This document shows positions 29,348 through 38,375 of a stretch of 64,000 nt of DNA, piece after piece. Within the stretch, counting starts at the first letter, position 1. The number at the start of each line of letters is the position of its first letter. The translations under genes were made by a program, and so were the position numbers. Below the pieces are notes generated by a model, which made no database searches, was not told the DNA's origin, and saw only the letters and a program-made list of their open reading frames with translations. The DNA is from Candidatus Nomurabacteria bacterium (lineage in GTDB: Bacteria > Patescibacteriota > Minisyncoccia > Phycocordibacterales > UBA9973): positions 732,619 through 796,618 of the forward strand of contig CP064958.1 in assembly GCA_016699085.1 (NCBI GenBank). Direction: 5' to 3'.

Positions 29348-30116
29348 CTTCACTTCAATAGCAAGCAAAGTTAATTCTGATCCAGTAACCCTGGCTCTTT
29401 CACTTTTGTTCGGCTTAGTTCCTGCATTTCTATGGCTTAGGTTTTGGTTGCGCGAAGATCGTGAGAAGCCAGAACCAAACGGACTCCTTTTCCTTACTTT
29501 TTTAGCTGGCATGATTGCTGTTATCTTGGTATTGCCTATCCAACGCTATATCAGCACGCTATCAAATAATCCAGACGTACTGACTGTCCTTTGGGTTGCC
29601 TCAGAAGAACTCATCAAATTCTCTGCAGTAGCAGTTATGGCACTCCATTCTTCATATGCAGATGAACCAATCGATTTCCCGATATATGCTATGACAGCCG
29701 CATTAGGCTTTGCAGCGCTTGAAAATGCATTATTCCTTGCTTATCCTATCGGTATCAGCGATACAACAGTCAGTCTTCTCACGGGTAACCTGCGCTTCTT
29801 GGGAGCAACTCTCTTGCATAGTGTATCGAGCGGTCTCATCGGTATTATGATAGGGCTCGCCTTTTTCCAATCAAAAACAGTGAAGTTTTTTAGTATTCTT
29901 TTTGGCATAGGGCTCGCCATTACCTTGCATAGCATCTTTAATTTCTTTATAATGGACGCAGGTGCAAGCGAAGTTTTCAAAGTTTTCGGCTTCCTCTGGG
30001 TTGTTGCTATTATTAGTATGCTCTTGTTTGAAAAATTGAGGCGCATGAGCGAACCTCTCTATCTCAAGGACGTTGTTATTCACGGAGCAGTGAACGATCT
30101 ACTTACTCGACGTTAA
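29340..30116 (+). CDS. PrsW-family intramembrane protease (putative)
   Basis: Multi-TM; EELIKFSAV (EExxK), FAALENALF (FxxxE), HSVSSG (H-motif). Confidence 0.6.
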   Translation: MDNFTSIASKVNSDPVTLALSLLFGLVPAFLWLRFWLREDREKPEPNGLLFLTFLAGMIAVILVLPIQRYISTLSNNPDVLTVLWVASEELIKFSAVAVMALHSSYADEPIDFPIYAMTAALGFAALENALFLAYPIGISDTTVSLLTGNLRFLGATLLHSVSSGLIGIMIGLAFFQSKTVKFFSILFGIGLAITLHSIFNFFIMDAGASEVFKVFGFLWVVAIISMLLFEKLRRMSEPLYLKDVVIHGAVNDLLTRR

Positions 30117-30120
30117 ATTT

Positions 30121-30624
30121 ATGGCATATAAAAAATCTTTTTTTGAACGATTGACTGGTGGCATACGGCTTCGAGATGAAGACGAAGAAGAAACTGTGCC
30201 TATAGCAACTCCTACAACCCCTCAACCATATAAAATTACGACATCTGAGACTGCAAAAAGTAAAGATACAGGCTGGACAGAAGATGAAGTTGAAGAAGCA
30301 CAGTTAACTGTGGATGTCTACCAAACCCAAACTGAAATTATTGTGCAAACAATGGTCGCTGGCGTCAGACCCGAAGATCTTCAGATCAATATCACTCGCG
30401 ACATGATTACGATCAAGGGCAAACGTGAGGAGAATAAAATGATTGCTCCAGAGAATTACTTTACCAAAGAACTCTACTGGGGAACGTTTGCTAGAACAAT
30501 TCTTTTGCCCCAAGAAGTAGAACCGGAAGAAGCGGAGGCTATCGAACGACACGGATTACTGATGATCAGACTACCAAAGATCGACAAAGGACGCCAGACA
30601 ACACTCAAAGTGAAATCAATATAA
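30121..30624 (+). CDS. Hsp20/alpha-crystallin family small heat-shock protein
   Basis: Alpha-crystallin domain pattern (DVYQT...IVQTMVAGV...ITIKG...FARTILLP). Confidence 0.85.
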   Translation: MAYKKSFFERLTGGIRLRDEDEEETVPIATPTTPQPYKITTSETAKSKDTGWTEDEVEEAQLTVDVYQTQTEIIVQTMVAGVRPEDLQINITRDMITIKGKREENKMIAPENYFTKELYWGTFARTILLPQEVEPEEAEAIERHGLLMIRLPKIDKGRQTTLKVKSI

Positions 30625-30627
30625 ACA

Positions 30628-30652
30628 AAAACTCCTCTATAGGAGTTTTTGT
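30628..30652 (+). terminator. terminator hairpin aaaaactcctctat aggagttttt
   Basis: Immediately after the hsp20 stop. Confidence 0.6.
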
Positions 30653-30654
30653 TT

Positions 30655-30680
30655 CGTTCGTGTGCTTGGGACCAGGTTCG
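30655..30680 (-). repeat. direct repeat of the tRNA-Phe 3' terminus plus flank (cgttcgtgtgcttgggaccaggttcg)
   Basis: 26/26 identical to 30828..30853; closes a 147-bp insert containing the hairpin gtaatgtgt-gcag-acacattac (30791..30812). Confidence 0.8.
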
Positions 30681-30835
30681 GTCACGAGTTACTAAACATA
30701 ATTATCATATATTCTAATTCTGCTAAGTACTCGCGACCCCGCCTCGCTTGGTTCACACATTCACCATAACTGCGGCTTTCGAACTGGCACGTAATGTGTG
30801 CAGACACATTACTCCAGCCACTCACTACGTTCGTG

Positions 30836-30908
30836 TGCTTGGGACCAGGTTCGAACTGGTGACCCTTCCCTCTTCAGGGGAATGCTCTACCAACTGAGCT
30901 ACCCAAGC
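30836..30908 (-). tRNA. tRNA-Phe(GAA)
   Basis: Acceptor GCTTGGG/CCCAAGC, D-arm GCTCAGTTGGTAGAGC, anticodon stem TTCCC/GGGAA with loop CTGAAGA, T-loop TTCGAAC. Confidence 0.85.
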
Positions 30909-30998
30909 AATATATTTTTATTATCTTTTTGAGTATCTATCTTAATACATTTGAGGTTATTTACCAAAACAAGATTCCTTCAAAAAACTTTTATAGTA

Positions 30999-31298
30999 TT
31001 ACTTAAAAAGTGATTCTAGTTCTTCTGTATTGAACTGACTACCTAAATTCTTTAAATCTTCTATGCTACTTGCACCACTAGTATAGGCACCTTTGAGTGT
31101 CGTAATGTATGGCAACAGAAAATAATACGCGCTTAATGTTGAAATGATTATAATTGCCCAGTACACAATCCGCATCAACTGTGCAGTACGCTGAGCACGT
31201 AAAATCTTTCTGAGCATACTGTGATTCTCTCGAACCATGGTATACATTTCATCAAAACGCTTTTGTTGTTCTTGATCCATACTGTTCGACAATACCAT
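30999..31298 (-). CDS. small membrane protein, hypothetical
   Basis: ORF track; one TM. Confidence 0.35.
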   Translation of the reverse strand: MVLSNSMDQEQQKRFDEMYTMVRENHSMLRKILRAQRTAQLMRIVYWAIIIISTLSAYYFLLPYITTLKGAYTSGASSIEDLKNLGSQFNTEELESLFK

Positions 31299-31375
31299 AG
31301 ATTTATATTGATTTCAATTCATCTATAAAAAGAAAAGGACCCAAGATATTGGATCCTTCTTCTGCGTATATTCCC

Positions 31376-31762
31376 TTACCAACCATACTCCATGTAATCT
31401 GCACGCTCATTGAGAGCTGCAGCCATGAAGTCACCCCATGCCCGATAGGTAAACGAAATTGTCACAACTCTCGTCTGTCCGAAGTATCGCCAAAGTCCAA
31501 ATGGACCCTTGCCGACAATGACATCAAAACGAATTGAGCCGTACAATCTAGTTATATCACTAGCGGATTGCTTCCATACCGTTGCATCATTTGCGACTTT
31601 TGCTTTTAATGAATCGAAATATTCCCGATACTTAAAGCATAGCGCAAAACGATACTCCTTCCAGGACGGAGGCTTACCTTGCCAGCCACCACTCATGTAA
31701 ATGCGATGGGTAGAGAAGATACTCGCAGAACAATGGGAAAAACGATTAGCCATAGTGTGCAT
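31376..31762 (-). CDS. hypothetical protein (128 aa)
   Basis: ORF track. Confidence 0.35.
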   Translation of the reverse strand: MHTMANRFSHCSASIFSTHRIYMSGGWQGKPPSWKEYRFALCFKYREYFDSLKAKVANDATVWKQSASDITRLYGSIRFDVIVGKGPFGLWRYFGQTRVVTISFTYRAWGDFMAAALNERADYMEYGW

Positions 31763-32034
31763 CCAGATCAGCGGAATGCTGATTTTCCAAGCCTCGGCTT
31801 GGGGTCTTAAAACTGGTCTGAATTCGCTAGATGCAGGCTTATATCTGAATTATTTTAAAATTATTCTAAATTACTCTAACAATAGAGTATCACATTTATT
31901 ACATTTTGTCAATTTATGTTATACAGGCAATTTCTAAATCTTCGAAGCTGCCAGAAATTACAAGGCAATACTAGAGAATATAAAGGGGTTAAAAAGTCTG
32001 CCACTTAGTTCTTTTTCCGGTTTATCTTCCTTTA

Positions 32035-32064
32035 TTGACAAAATGGTTATAAATATGGTATAAT
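32035..32064 (+). promoter_or_regulatory. near-consensus sigma-70 promoter: TTGACA, 18 bp spacer, TG-n-TATAAT
   Basis: TTGACA at 32035..32040; extended -10 tggTATAAT at 32056..32064. Confidence 0.6.
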
Positions 32065-32212
32065 ACAATAAAGGTTAGAAACCGTCCCTACTTTCAAAAA
32101 AAGTAAATCGGCTCAATCATTTTGTTCATTTAAAAGGAAAAAACTGTTATGAAATCACAGAACACCTTTCCACCCCCAGACTGCAAAATTCATTAGCTGT
32201 ATTGCGCAAAAC

Positions 32213-32344
32213 ATGCCCGAGGTTTGTAATGATCGTATGGAAACATTGATCAAATATCCCAACACTCTGGAAAAAGCGTTGAGAAAAGCTTTGGTTGTGG
32301 ATATTGTTGTTGTTCACACCGTCGACGTAGCTGCCAGACGCTAA
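32213..32344 (+). CDS. small ORF (43 aa, MPEVCNDRMETLIKYPNTLEKALRKALVVDIVVVHTVDVAARR) within a promoter-to-terminator unit
   Basis: Own translation; preceded by a 16-codon ORF at 32149..32196 that has an aaaaggaaaaaa stretch upstream. Confidence 0.25.
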   Translation: MPEVCNDRMETLIKYPNTLEKALRKALVVDIVVVHTVDVAARR

Positions 32345-32366
32345 GACTAATATAACAGCACTATTC

Positions 32367-32395
32367 ATCCCCCATTATTTTTGGGGGATTTATTA
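32367..32395 (+). terminator. terminator: atccccc attattttt gggggat plus T-rich tail
   Basis: 7-bp GC stem followed by ttattatttatt. Confidence 0.6.
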
Positions 32396-32407
32396 TTTAT
32401 TACAAAT

Positions 32408-32476
32408 TGTGTCCTCGGCAGGAATCGAACCTACAATTACTCCTTAGGACGGAGTAGTTATATCTTCACCCGCCAT
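32408..32476 (-). pseudogene. tRNA-Arg-like partial copy (anticodon arm and T-arm present; acceptor and D-arm do not pair)
   Basis: ACTCC-GTCCTAA-GGAGT anticodon arm identical in loop to the adjacent tRNA-Arg; T-arm GTAGGTTCGATTCCTGC; no complementary acceptor strands. Confidence 0.55.
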
Positions 32477-32491
32477 ATTGCTAAATACTTG

Positions 32492-32563
32492 TGCCCCCAC
32501 TCCGAATCGAACGGGGATCTATTCCTTAGGACGGAACTGTTCTATCCATTGAACTATGGGGGC
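32492..32563 (-). tRNA. tRNA-Arg(CCT)
   Basis: Acceptor GCCCCCA/TGGGGGC, D-arm GTTCAATGGATAGAAC, anticodon stem GTTCC/GGAAT with loop GTCCTAA, T-loop TTCGATT (one C-A mismatch in T-stem). Confidence 0.7.
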
Positions 32564-32658
32564 AATATTGGGCGGGCAAGTTTAACTACGAGGGCAAATG
32601 AAAAAGTACCCCACACATGCAGGGTGCTTTTTCATCATACCTGTTTTATCACCATATG

Positions 32659-32892
32659 TTAAATACCGAGAAGTTCCATGATGCGAGGTTTATTAAACCC
32701 TACAACAATATCATTATCTATCGTTATTACTGGTACTCCCATCTGTCCAGATCGCTTCACCATTTCCATGCGCTTTTCCATATTTGATGCAACATCAAAT
32801 TCATCGTATGCAATTCCCTGTTCAGAAAAGTATTCTTTTGCCATATGGCAGAAATGACAACTTGGTGTACTGTAGACGGTGACTTTTTTCAT
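32659..32892 (-). CDS. glutaredoxin-like (YruB/NrdH-type) thioredoxin-fold protein
   Basis: 77 aa; active-site CHFC near N-terminus; GVPVI...GFN motif. Confidence 0.8.
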   Translation of the reverse strand: MKKVTVYSTPSCHFCHMAKEYFSEQGIAYDEFDVASNMEKRMEMVKRSGQMGVPVITIDNDIVVGFNKPRIMELLGI

Positions 32893-33116
32893 AGTGGTAG
32901 CGGACGAACCGCAATTACTTTTATACTTTTAGTATAGCATATGAGTCAACCCGGCAGTAGAGCTTTGGTTAGGACAAAATATTTTTGAAATAATCTCTTA
33001 GCCTTCGTTTAAACATCCTACCGAAATATAACTCTTCTTTGTCTTTTCACTTTGTAAACAATATATGTAGAACATAACAAACCAAAGTCTCACTACCGGG
33101 TCAACCCTATCTTTAT

Positions 33117-33533
33117 TTATTCTTCAAATATCAAAATCTTCTTCTCTGCTTCAACAAATTCAGTAAATTTCCCTACAAATCTAGTCGCTCGAACAGTCCG
33201 ATCATCGATCCAGTGATAGTTACCGCCACGAGGTTTGCCAAATATTATGCCGTGATACTTAAATCCATGTTCTTTGAGCCACGTCTCAGTATTTTCCCGA
33301 TGTTCTGGCAGTCTCGAGGTAAAGAAGGTTATGATATGACCATCGTCGTGCCATTTATTGATAATATCTCGCGCATTGGGGATCTCGATAGCGGTAAGCA
33401 TTCGCTCTGGCTCTTCGTTTGGAATATCTTCACAAATAGTGCCATCAATATCGATAAGATAGTTCTTCATCCCTTCTGGCAGCGACGGACTTATTCGTTT
33501 ACCGTCTACCCCAAATTCTTCATGTAATTGCAT
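33117..33533 (-). CDS. HAD-superfamily phosphatase (5'(3')-deoxyribonucleotidase-like)
   Basis: Motif I DIDGTI; small cap-less HAD architecture. Confidence 0.65.
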   Translation of the reverse strand: MQLHEEFGVDGKRISPSLPEGMKNYLIDIDGTICEDIPNEEPERMLTAIEIPNARDIINKWHDDGHIITFFTSRLPEHRENTETWLKEHGFKYHGIIFGKPRGGNYHWIDDRTVRATRFVGKFTEFVEAEKKILIFEE

Positions 33534-33633
33534 GGGGAGAGTATAGCATATGAATTAAACCTAAAACTAGACATAGTAGTGACTACTTTATTTTCCCAAA
33601 AAATAAAAGCTGACAGGTGTCAGCTTTAAATTC

Positions 33634-33900
33634 TCATTTCTCTAGAAGATCAACAATCCTTGTAATTTCAGTCTCGGGTATTGCCAACCGCAGAGTTTGC
33701 CATTGGAATTTCATCCAGGATAGATTCATAACATCATCAGTTTCAATAAATTTTACGCCACGTTTGTGTAGCTCATCAGCAAACTTTATTTCAATATCTT
33801 TCATTTGTTTACGAGCTAATTCAAGATTATTGTTGTTGTTTGCTAATTGCTCCCCAACTATATATACATTCGTGAAGGTACTTGTGTAAGTAAATGCCAT
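33634..33900 (-). CDS. hypothetical protein (88 aa)
   Basis: ORF track; terminator hairpin aaagctgaca-ggt-gtcagcttt just downstream (33608..33630). Confidence 0.35.
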   Translation of the reverse strand: MAFTYTSTFTNVYIVGEQLANNNNNLELARKQMKDIEIKFADELHKRGVKFIETDDVMNLSWMKFQWQTLRLAIPETEITRIVDLLEK

Positions 33901-33961
33901 AATTTTTCAGTTTTTTAAATTTTAACATATTTATTTATTAAGTCAACTATAGTATATACGA

Positions 33962-33974
33962 AATACGAGAATCG
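33962..33974 (-). repeat. direct repeat of the tRNA-Gly 3' terminus (aatacgagaatcg)
   Basis: 13/13 identical to 34163..34175 (acceptor 3' strand plus T-stem of tRNA-Gly); about 185 bp downstream of the tRNA. Confidence 0.55.
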
Positions 33975-34012
33975 TCCGCGACTCAAACATTCGCCGTCGC
34001 TCATGTTTGGTC

Positions 34013-34044
34013 TGCCTGCCCGACTGAATAGTCGTTCGGGCGGG
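34013..34044. repeat. 32-nt structured repeat, copy B (tgcctgcccgactgaatagtcgttcgggcggg)
   Basis: 31/32 identical to 5923..5954. Confidence 0.7.
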
Positions 34045-34157
34045 GACACCAGCTCGTCATTTTTTTCTACTGAAAAAAATATGATTCCGCTGTTCGATTC
34101 CGTACGTGAGTAAAATAATTTACTCACTATTCCGCACAAAAACACTTCGCTTTTTTG

Positions 34158-34228
34158 TGCGGAATACGAGAATCGAACTCGTGTCTCATCCTTGGGAAGG
34201 ACGCATGCTGCCACTGTACCAATTCCGC
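34158..34228 (-). tRNA. tRNA-Gly(CCC)
   Basis: Acceptor GCGGAAT/ATTCCGC, anticodon stem CGTCC/GGATG with loop TTCCCAA, T-arm ACGAG-TTCGATT-CTCGT; D-stem has one A-C mismatch. Confidence 0.72.
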
Positions 34229-34232
34229 AATA

Positions 34233-34631
34233 TTAAAATATCTTTCCGAAAAATCCTTTTACTTTCATCCACCATGACTCTTTTGTCATTTCAGCCAATT
34301 GCTCTTCCGCAATCTTTTTATTACCAGCATCAGTTGTGATGACAACCAGGTGCTCACCCTCTTTACCGACACGGTATTTTTCTCTCAAATTCTCTTCAAT
34401 GCCTTCAGTTGTCTCTAGTTTTGAAATACCATTCTCTAGATTTGCTTCTTGTGCGATGAGGGCATTGTATTCTGTTTGTGCTTGTAGTTTATTTGCTCTG
34501 GCTTCTCTACTTTTTTGGTACATACCGATCGCAGCAATAGTAACGAGAATGCATATAACCAAAAGCCCGCTTATAACAACAGGTGAATAGAGTAGTTTCT
34601 TATATGCTTGTTTTTGTTGAAATCGCTTCAT
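34233..34631 (-). CDS. FtsB/DivIC-like septum-formation initiator (putative)
   Basis: Single N-terminal TM followed by a coiled-coil; 132 aa. Confidence 0.45.
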   Translation of the reverse strand: MKRFQQKQAYKKLLYSPVVISGLLVICILVTIAAIGMYQKSREARANKLQAQTEYNALIAQEANLENGISKLETTEGIEENLREKYRVGKEGEHLVVITTDAGNKKIAEEQLAEMTKESWWMKVKGFFGKIF

Positions 34632-34782
34632 AGTCTATACACAGTTTGAGAGAATAATGTTAGTATACCAATATGTTATTCAATAGAAAACACAAGAAAA
34701 AGGTAACACTTATCTGGACTATACTTGGCGCATTTATCATTGTCTCAATGATTTTACTCTACATGCCGAGCCTTTTTAGTCT

Positions 34783-36591
34783 CTAGTTATCGCCAGTTTT
34801 CATCATTTTCAAAAAGACACTGTGAGGTATATGTACCTTGCTGTTTTCTCGCATTTTGGCTTTGCCTCGCTTCTGCTTTTCTAATAGTTTCTTCTTTCTA
34901 CTAACATCTCCACCACCGACAACCTTACTGCCATGCATGAGCACATCTTTACGAAACGCTTTAATAGTTTCTGAAGAAAGTATCCGGCCGAGCGCAATGC
35001 CTTGGACTTTCATTTCAAATTGCTGCCGAGGCAGAATATCTTTGAGTTTAGTCGTCGCAGCTTCTGCTTCTACCAGCGCACGACGCTTGGAAATTATCCG
35101 GGTAAATGCCGGCACAGGTTCCCCTCCAATATGAATATCGAGTCTCGTGACATCAGCATGTCGTAGCTCTGCTATATCATAGGAAATCGAAGCATAGCCT
35201 GAAGTAATACTTTTCAAATCATCAAAAAATCCTCGCATCAATTCTCGCAGTGGCATTTTGACTTGAACTGACGACCTGCTGTCACCGAAGTTTTCAGTCT
35301 CACCAACCTCAGCTTCATGGTCATAGAGAAACGGCATGAGCACACCTAGATACCGAACTGGCGTAATAATGGTCACCGTTACCCATGGCTCTTCTACTGA
35401 CACAATTTCTCCATCGTTCGGGAAAAGGTGCGGTGAGTAGACCGTCAGATTTTTATTATTTTTGAGTTTTACCATATAGGTAATCGACGGTGTTGTAATA
35501 ACTAAATTCAAATCAAATTCACGCTTTAGCCGCTCGGTGATAATCTCCAAATGAAGCATACCAAGAAATCCCGATCGAAATCCTCGGCCTAATGCACCAG
35601 AACTTTCTTCCTCGAACGAGAACGCTGAGTCCGAAAGCCGAAGTTTGCCAAGTGCAGTTTTCAAAAGAGGAAAATCATCTTGGCTTTCAGGATAGATTGA
35701 TGCCCAAACAACAGGTCGCGGCTGCATGTAACCGGGCAATGCTTCACGAGCATGCTTAAACTCAGTAATCGTATCACCAACCGATGCAATACCCGGCTTT
35801 TTTATTCCAGTGACGATATAGCCGATTTCTCCAGAAGTCAGTTGGGGGCGCGGTGTTTCAGCTGGAGAAAAGGTACCAACTTCAAGTGCAATAAATTTCT
35901 GATCAGCAACTCTGAAAATCAAATCACTATTTTTTGCTACTGCACCATCAAATATACGCACATAGACAATTACACCTTCATGGTTTGAATATTTAAAATC
36001 AAATACGAGTGCGCGCAGACCTTGCTCGGTAGAAGCTGCTGGCGGAGGCACACGCTCGATGATTGCCTCAAGTAATGTTTCCACCCCTTCACCGGTTTTA
36101 CCAGAAACACCGAGTACTGTATCAGGGCTAATGTGTAATAGTTCTGCAATCTCAAGTTTGACCTCATCAACTCGGGCAAGTGGCGAATCAATTTTCGAAA
36201 CAACAGGAATTATGACAATACCAGCATGTTGCGCCATCGTAAGTGTGGTGAGTGTTTGTGCCTGCACTCCTTGTGTCGCATCGACGAGCAATATTGATCC
36301 TTCGACAGCTTTCAATGCTCTTGAGACCTCATATGAGAAATCAATGTGTCCCGGGGTATCAATAAGATTAAGCGTATAGTTAGTTCCACCACTTAGATAC
36401 TCCATTCGAACTGGCTGCATTTTGATCGTAATTCCCCGCTCACGTTCAAGTTCCATAGAATCTAACACTTGGTCTCGCATTTTGCGTTTTTCGATCGTTC
36501 CAGTGCGTTCAAGCATCCGATCAGCCAATGTCGACTTGCCGTGATCAATATGGGCTATGATGCTAAAGTTTCTAATAGACTTAAAATCCAT
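34783..36591 (-). CDS. lepA: elongation factor 4 (LepA)
   Basis: NFSIIAHIDHGKSTL G1; DTPGHIDF G3; LepA-specific C-terminal domain; 602 aa. Confidence 0.95.
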   Translation of the reverse strand: MDFKSIRNFSIIAHIDHGKSTLADRMLERTGTIEKRKMRDQVLDSMELERERGITIKMQPVRMEYLSGGTNYTLNLIDTPGHIDFSYEVSRALKAVEGSILLVDATQGVQAQTLTTLTMAQHAGIVIIPVVSKIDSPLARVDEVKLEIAELLHISPDTVLGVSGKTGEGVETLLEAIIERVPPPAASTEQGLRALVFDFKYSNHEGVIVYVRIFDGAVAKNSDLIFRVADQKFIALEVGTFSPAETPRPQLTSGEIGYIVTGIKKPGIASVGDTITEFKHAREALPGYMQPRPVVWASIYPESQDDFPLLKTALGKLRLSDSAFSFEEESSGALGRGFRSGFLGMLHLEIITERLKREFDLNLVITTPSITYMVKLKNNKNLTVYSPHLFPNDGEIVSVEEPWVTVTIITPVRYLGVLMPFLYDHEAEVGETENFGDSRSSVQVKMPLRELMRGFFDDLKSITSGYASISYDIAELRHADVTRLDIHIGGEPVPAFTRIISKRRALVEAEAATTKLKDILPRQQFEMKVQGIALGRILSSETIKAFRKDVLMHGSKVVGGGDVSRKKKLLEKQKRGKAKMRENSKVHIPHSVFLKMMKTGDN

Positions 36592-36665
36592 GAGCCAATA
36601 CTAGCAAAAAACACTTATTTTACAAAGTGTTTATAGTAAAGCAAATTTTTATATGTAGTAATAAA

Positions 36666-38375
36666 CTATAGTTCCCTTTGCTCTTCGGCAATAAGCGGCA
36701 CTTTGATTAATTTCTTGCCAAGCATTGATTGTATCTCTTTAAATTCAGTATTCTTCAATGCAATAAGTAAAATAATTCCAGCGAGAATACCAGCAATACC
36801 TGAGAGGAAACCTTGTAAAAATATTCCTACAAATGTATCAAGATCAAATACAGGGGCCAAAATATTTAGCATTTCATATGCTACAAAACCGATAAAAAAG
36901 GACGCTGCTGCAGATTGCAAGAAGGTACGTGAAATTTCTGTCGTTACACTGCCACAAAAATCTCGTTTGAAAATGAACCACAACAAAAAGAAATTGACGA
37001 TCGTACCTATTGAATACGCGAGTGGCAACATAAGTATTTCTGTTCCAGGCAGCCCATCAACGCGCAAGAGGGACTCAATAAAGTACCTGAAGGTTGCAAT
37101 ATGGTCAAAAAGATAAAGTAGCCCATACGCTGAAGCAATAGTGAGTGCAGCACAGAATAAATTAATGAGGAGGGGCTTTTTCGTATTGCCTGCTGCATAG
37201 TAACCACGTACAAAAAGATGCACCAAACTCTGTGCTACTAGTGATACGGCAAAAATTGCAAGTGTTGCTGCAGTAATACGCGTATGCGTCCACGAAAATG
37301 ATCCTGACCCCAATATAACGCGAACAATCTGAGCACGGAGAATGATAAAGAGGAAAATAATCGGTAGTGACCAAAAAATAATTTTCTTTGATGCTTCGAT
37401 AATATGCCGCACAAAAAGCTCACGTTCGTTTGAGGTGATAAATCTAACTAGTGTCGGGAAGGATGCTACAGAATAACTAATACCGATAATGCTTATCGGT
37501 ACGGACTGCAAATTGTATGAGAAATTAAATATTGATATTGACCCTTGGCCTATTTTCGAAATGATTGCAATCAACACAAGCGTTGAAATATTAGATAGAG
37601 ATAATCCAAGCGTCCTCGGGAGCGACAGAAACACCACTTTGCGAATACTTATCCAATCAATATGCCATGAAAAATTAGGCAAAAATGAGCGATTGATGAG
37701 GACTGGCAGCTGGATAGCCAAATGTAGCAGTCCGCCGATCACCACACCCCAAGCAAGACCATAAATCCCAAACAGTGGCTGTAATACAAAAATACCAATC
37801 AGTATGCCTATGTTATAAAAGACAGGTGACAGTGCATAGACGAAGAATCGTCTAAACATTTGAGTCGCACTACCAAATATATTTGATGCTCCGAGTAGTA
37901 TGGGCGACAGGAGCATAATCCGACTTTCTTTGACGAGCATTGCAATACCTTCATCACTAAACCCAGGCGCAATGATATGTGCAATCCACGGCATGCAGAT
38001 AGCAATAATAAGACTAACGATACCTATGATACTCAAGAAAACTGTAAAGACATCAGAGAACAATTTCTTTGCCTGCTGCAGATTCTCATTATTATCAGCC
38101 GGTATTCGTTCGATCAAAAATGGTAGAAGAATCGTGACAGAAGCAAGCGATGCAATCGATGTATAGAGAAAATCTGGGATACGAAATGCGGCATAGTACA
38201 CATCAAGACTAAGCGACGGCCCCAAATAATGTGCAAGTGCTCGATCACGCAATAGTCCCAAAATTTGAGACAGGAATGCAAATACACCTAATATAAGTGC
38301 TGCTTGGTTAACCGAAAGCTCTTTGTTTAGTATTGCGAGTATGCGTTTTACCATAGTCTTCTCACTAGACAACAA
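36666..38375 (-). CDS. murJ: lipid II flippase MurJ/MviN family
   Basis: 569 aa, about 14 TM; MOP-superfamily architecture with conserved arginine-containing N-lobe helices. Confidence 0.65.
   Translation of the reverse strand: MLSSEKTMVKRILAILNKELSVNQAALILGVFAFLSQILGLLRDRALAHYLGPSLSLDVYYAAFRIPDFLYTSIASLASVTILLPFLIERIPADNNENLQQAKKLFSDVFTVFLSIIGIVSLIIAICMPWIAHIIAPGFSDEGIAMLVKESRIMLLSPILLGASNIFGSATQMFRRFFVYALSPVFYNIGILIGIFVLQPLFGIYGLAWGVVIGGLLHLAIQLPVLINRSFLPNFSWHIDWISIRKVVFLSLPRTLGLSLSNISTLVLIAIISKIGQGSISIFNFSYNLQSVPISIIGISYSVASFPTLVRFITSNERELFVRHIIEASKKIIFWSLPIIFLFIILRAQIVRVILGSGSFSWTHTRITAATLAIFAVSLVAQSLVHLFVRGYYAAGNTKKPLLINLFCAALTIASAYGLLYLFDHIATFRYFIESLLRVDGLPGTEILMLPLAYSIGTIVNFFLLWFIFKRDFCGSVTTEISRTFLQSAAASFFIGFVAYEMLNILAPVFDLDTFVGIFLQGFLSGIAGILAGIILLIALKNTEFKEIQSMLGKKLIKVPLIAEEQREL

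Noticed and set aside
32381-32662. 93-aa ORF on plus strand
   Set aside because: Antisense to tRNA-Arg and its tandem pseudo-copy.
33915-34214. 99-aa ORF on minus strand
   Set aside because: Spans the tRNA-Gly 3' insert, hairpins and part of tRNA-Gly; no coding signal.
21909-34228. Idea that the tRNA-flanking direct repeats mark a large integrated element (prophage or ICE)
   Set aside because: Each repeat pair encloses only 110-185 bp, no integrase, recombinase or transposase is present anywhere in the window, and flanking genes are housekeeping. Interpreted instead as miniature inserts or decayed duplicates.
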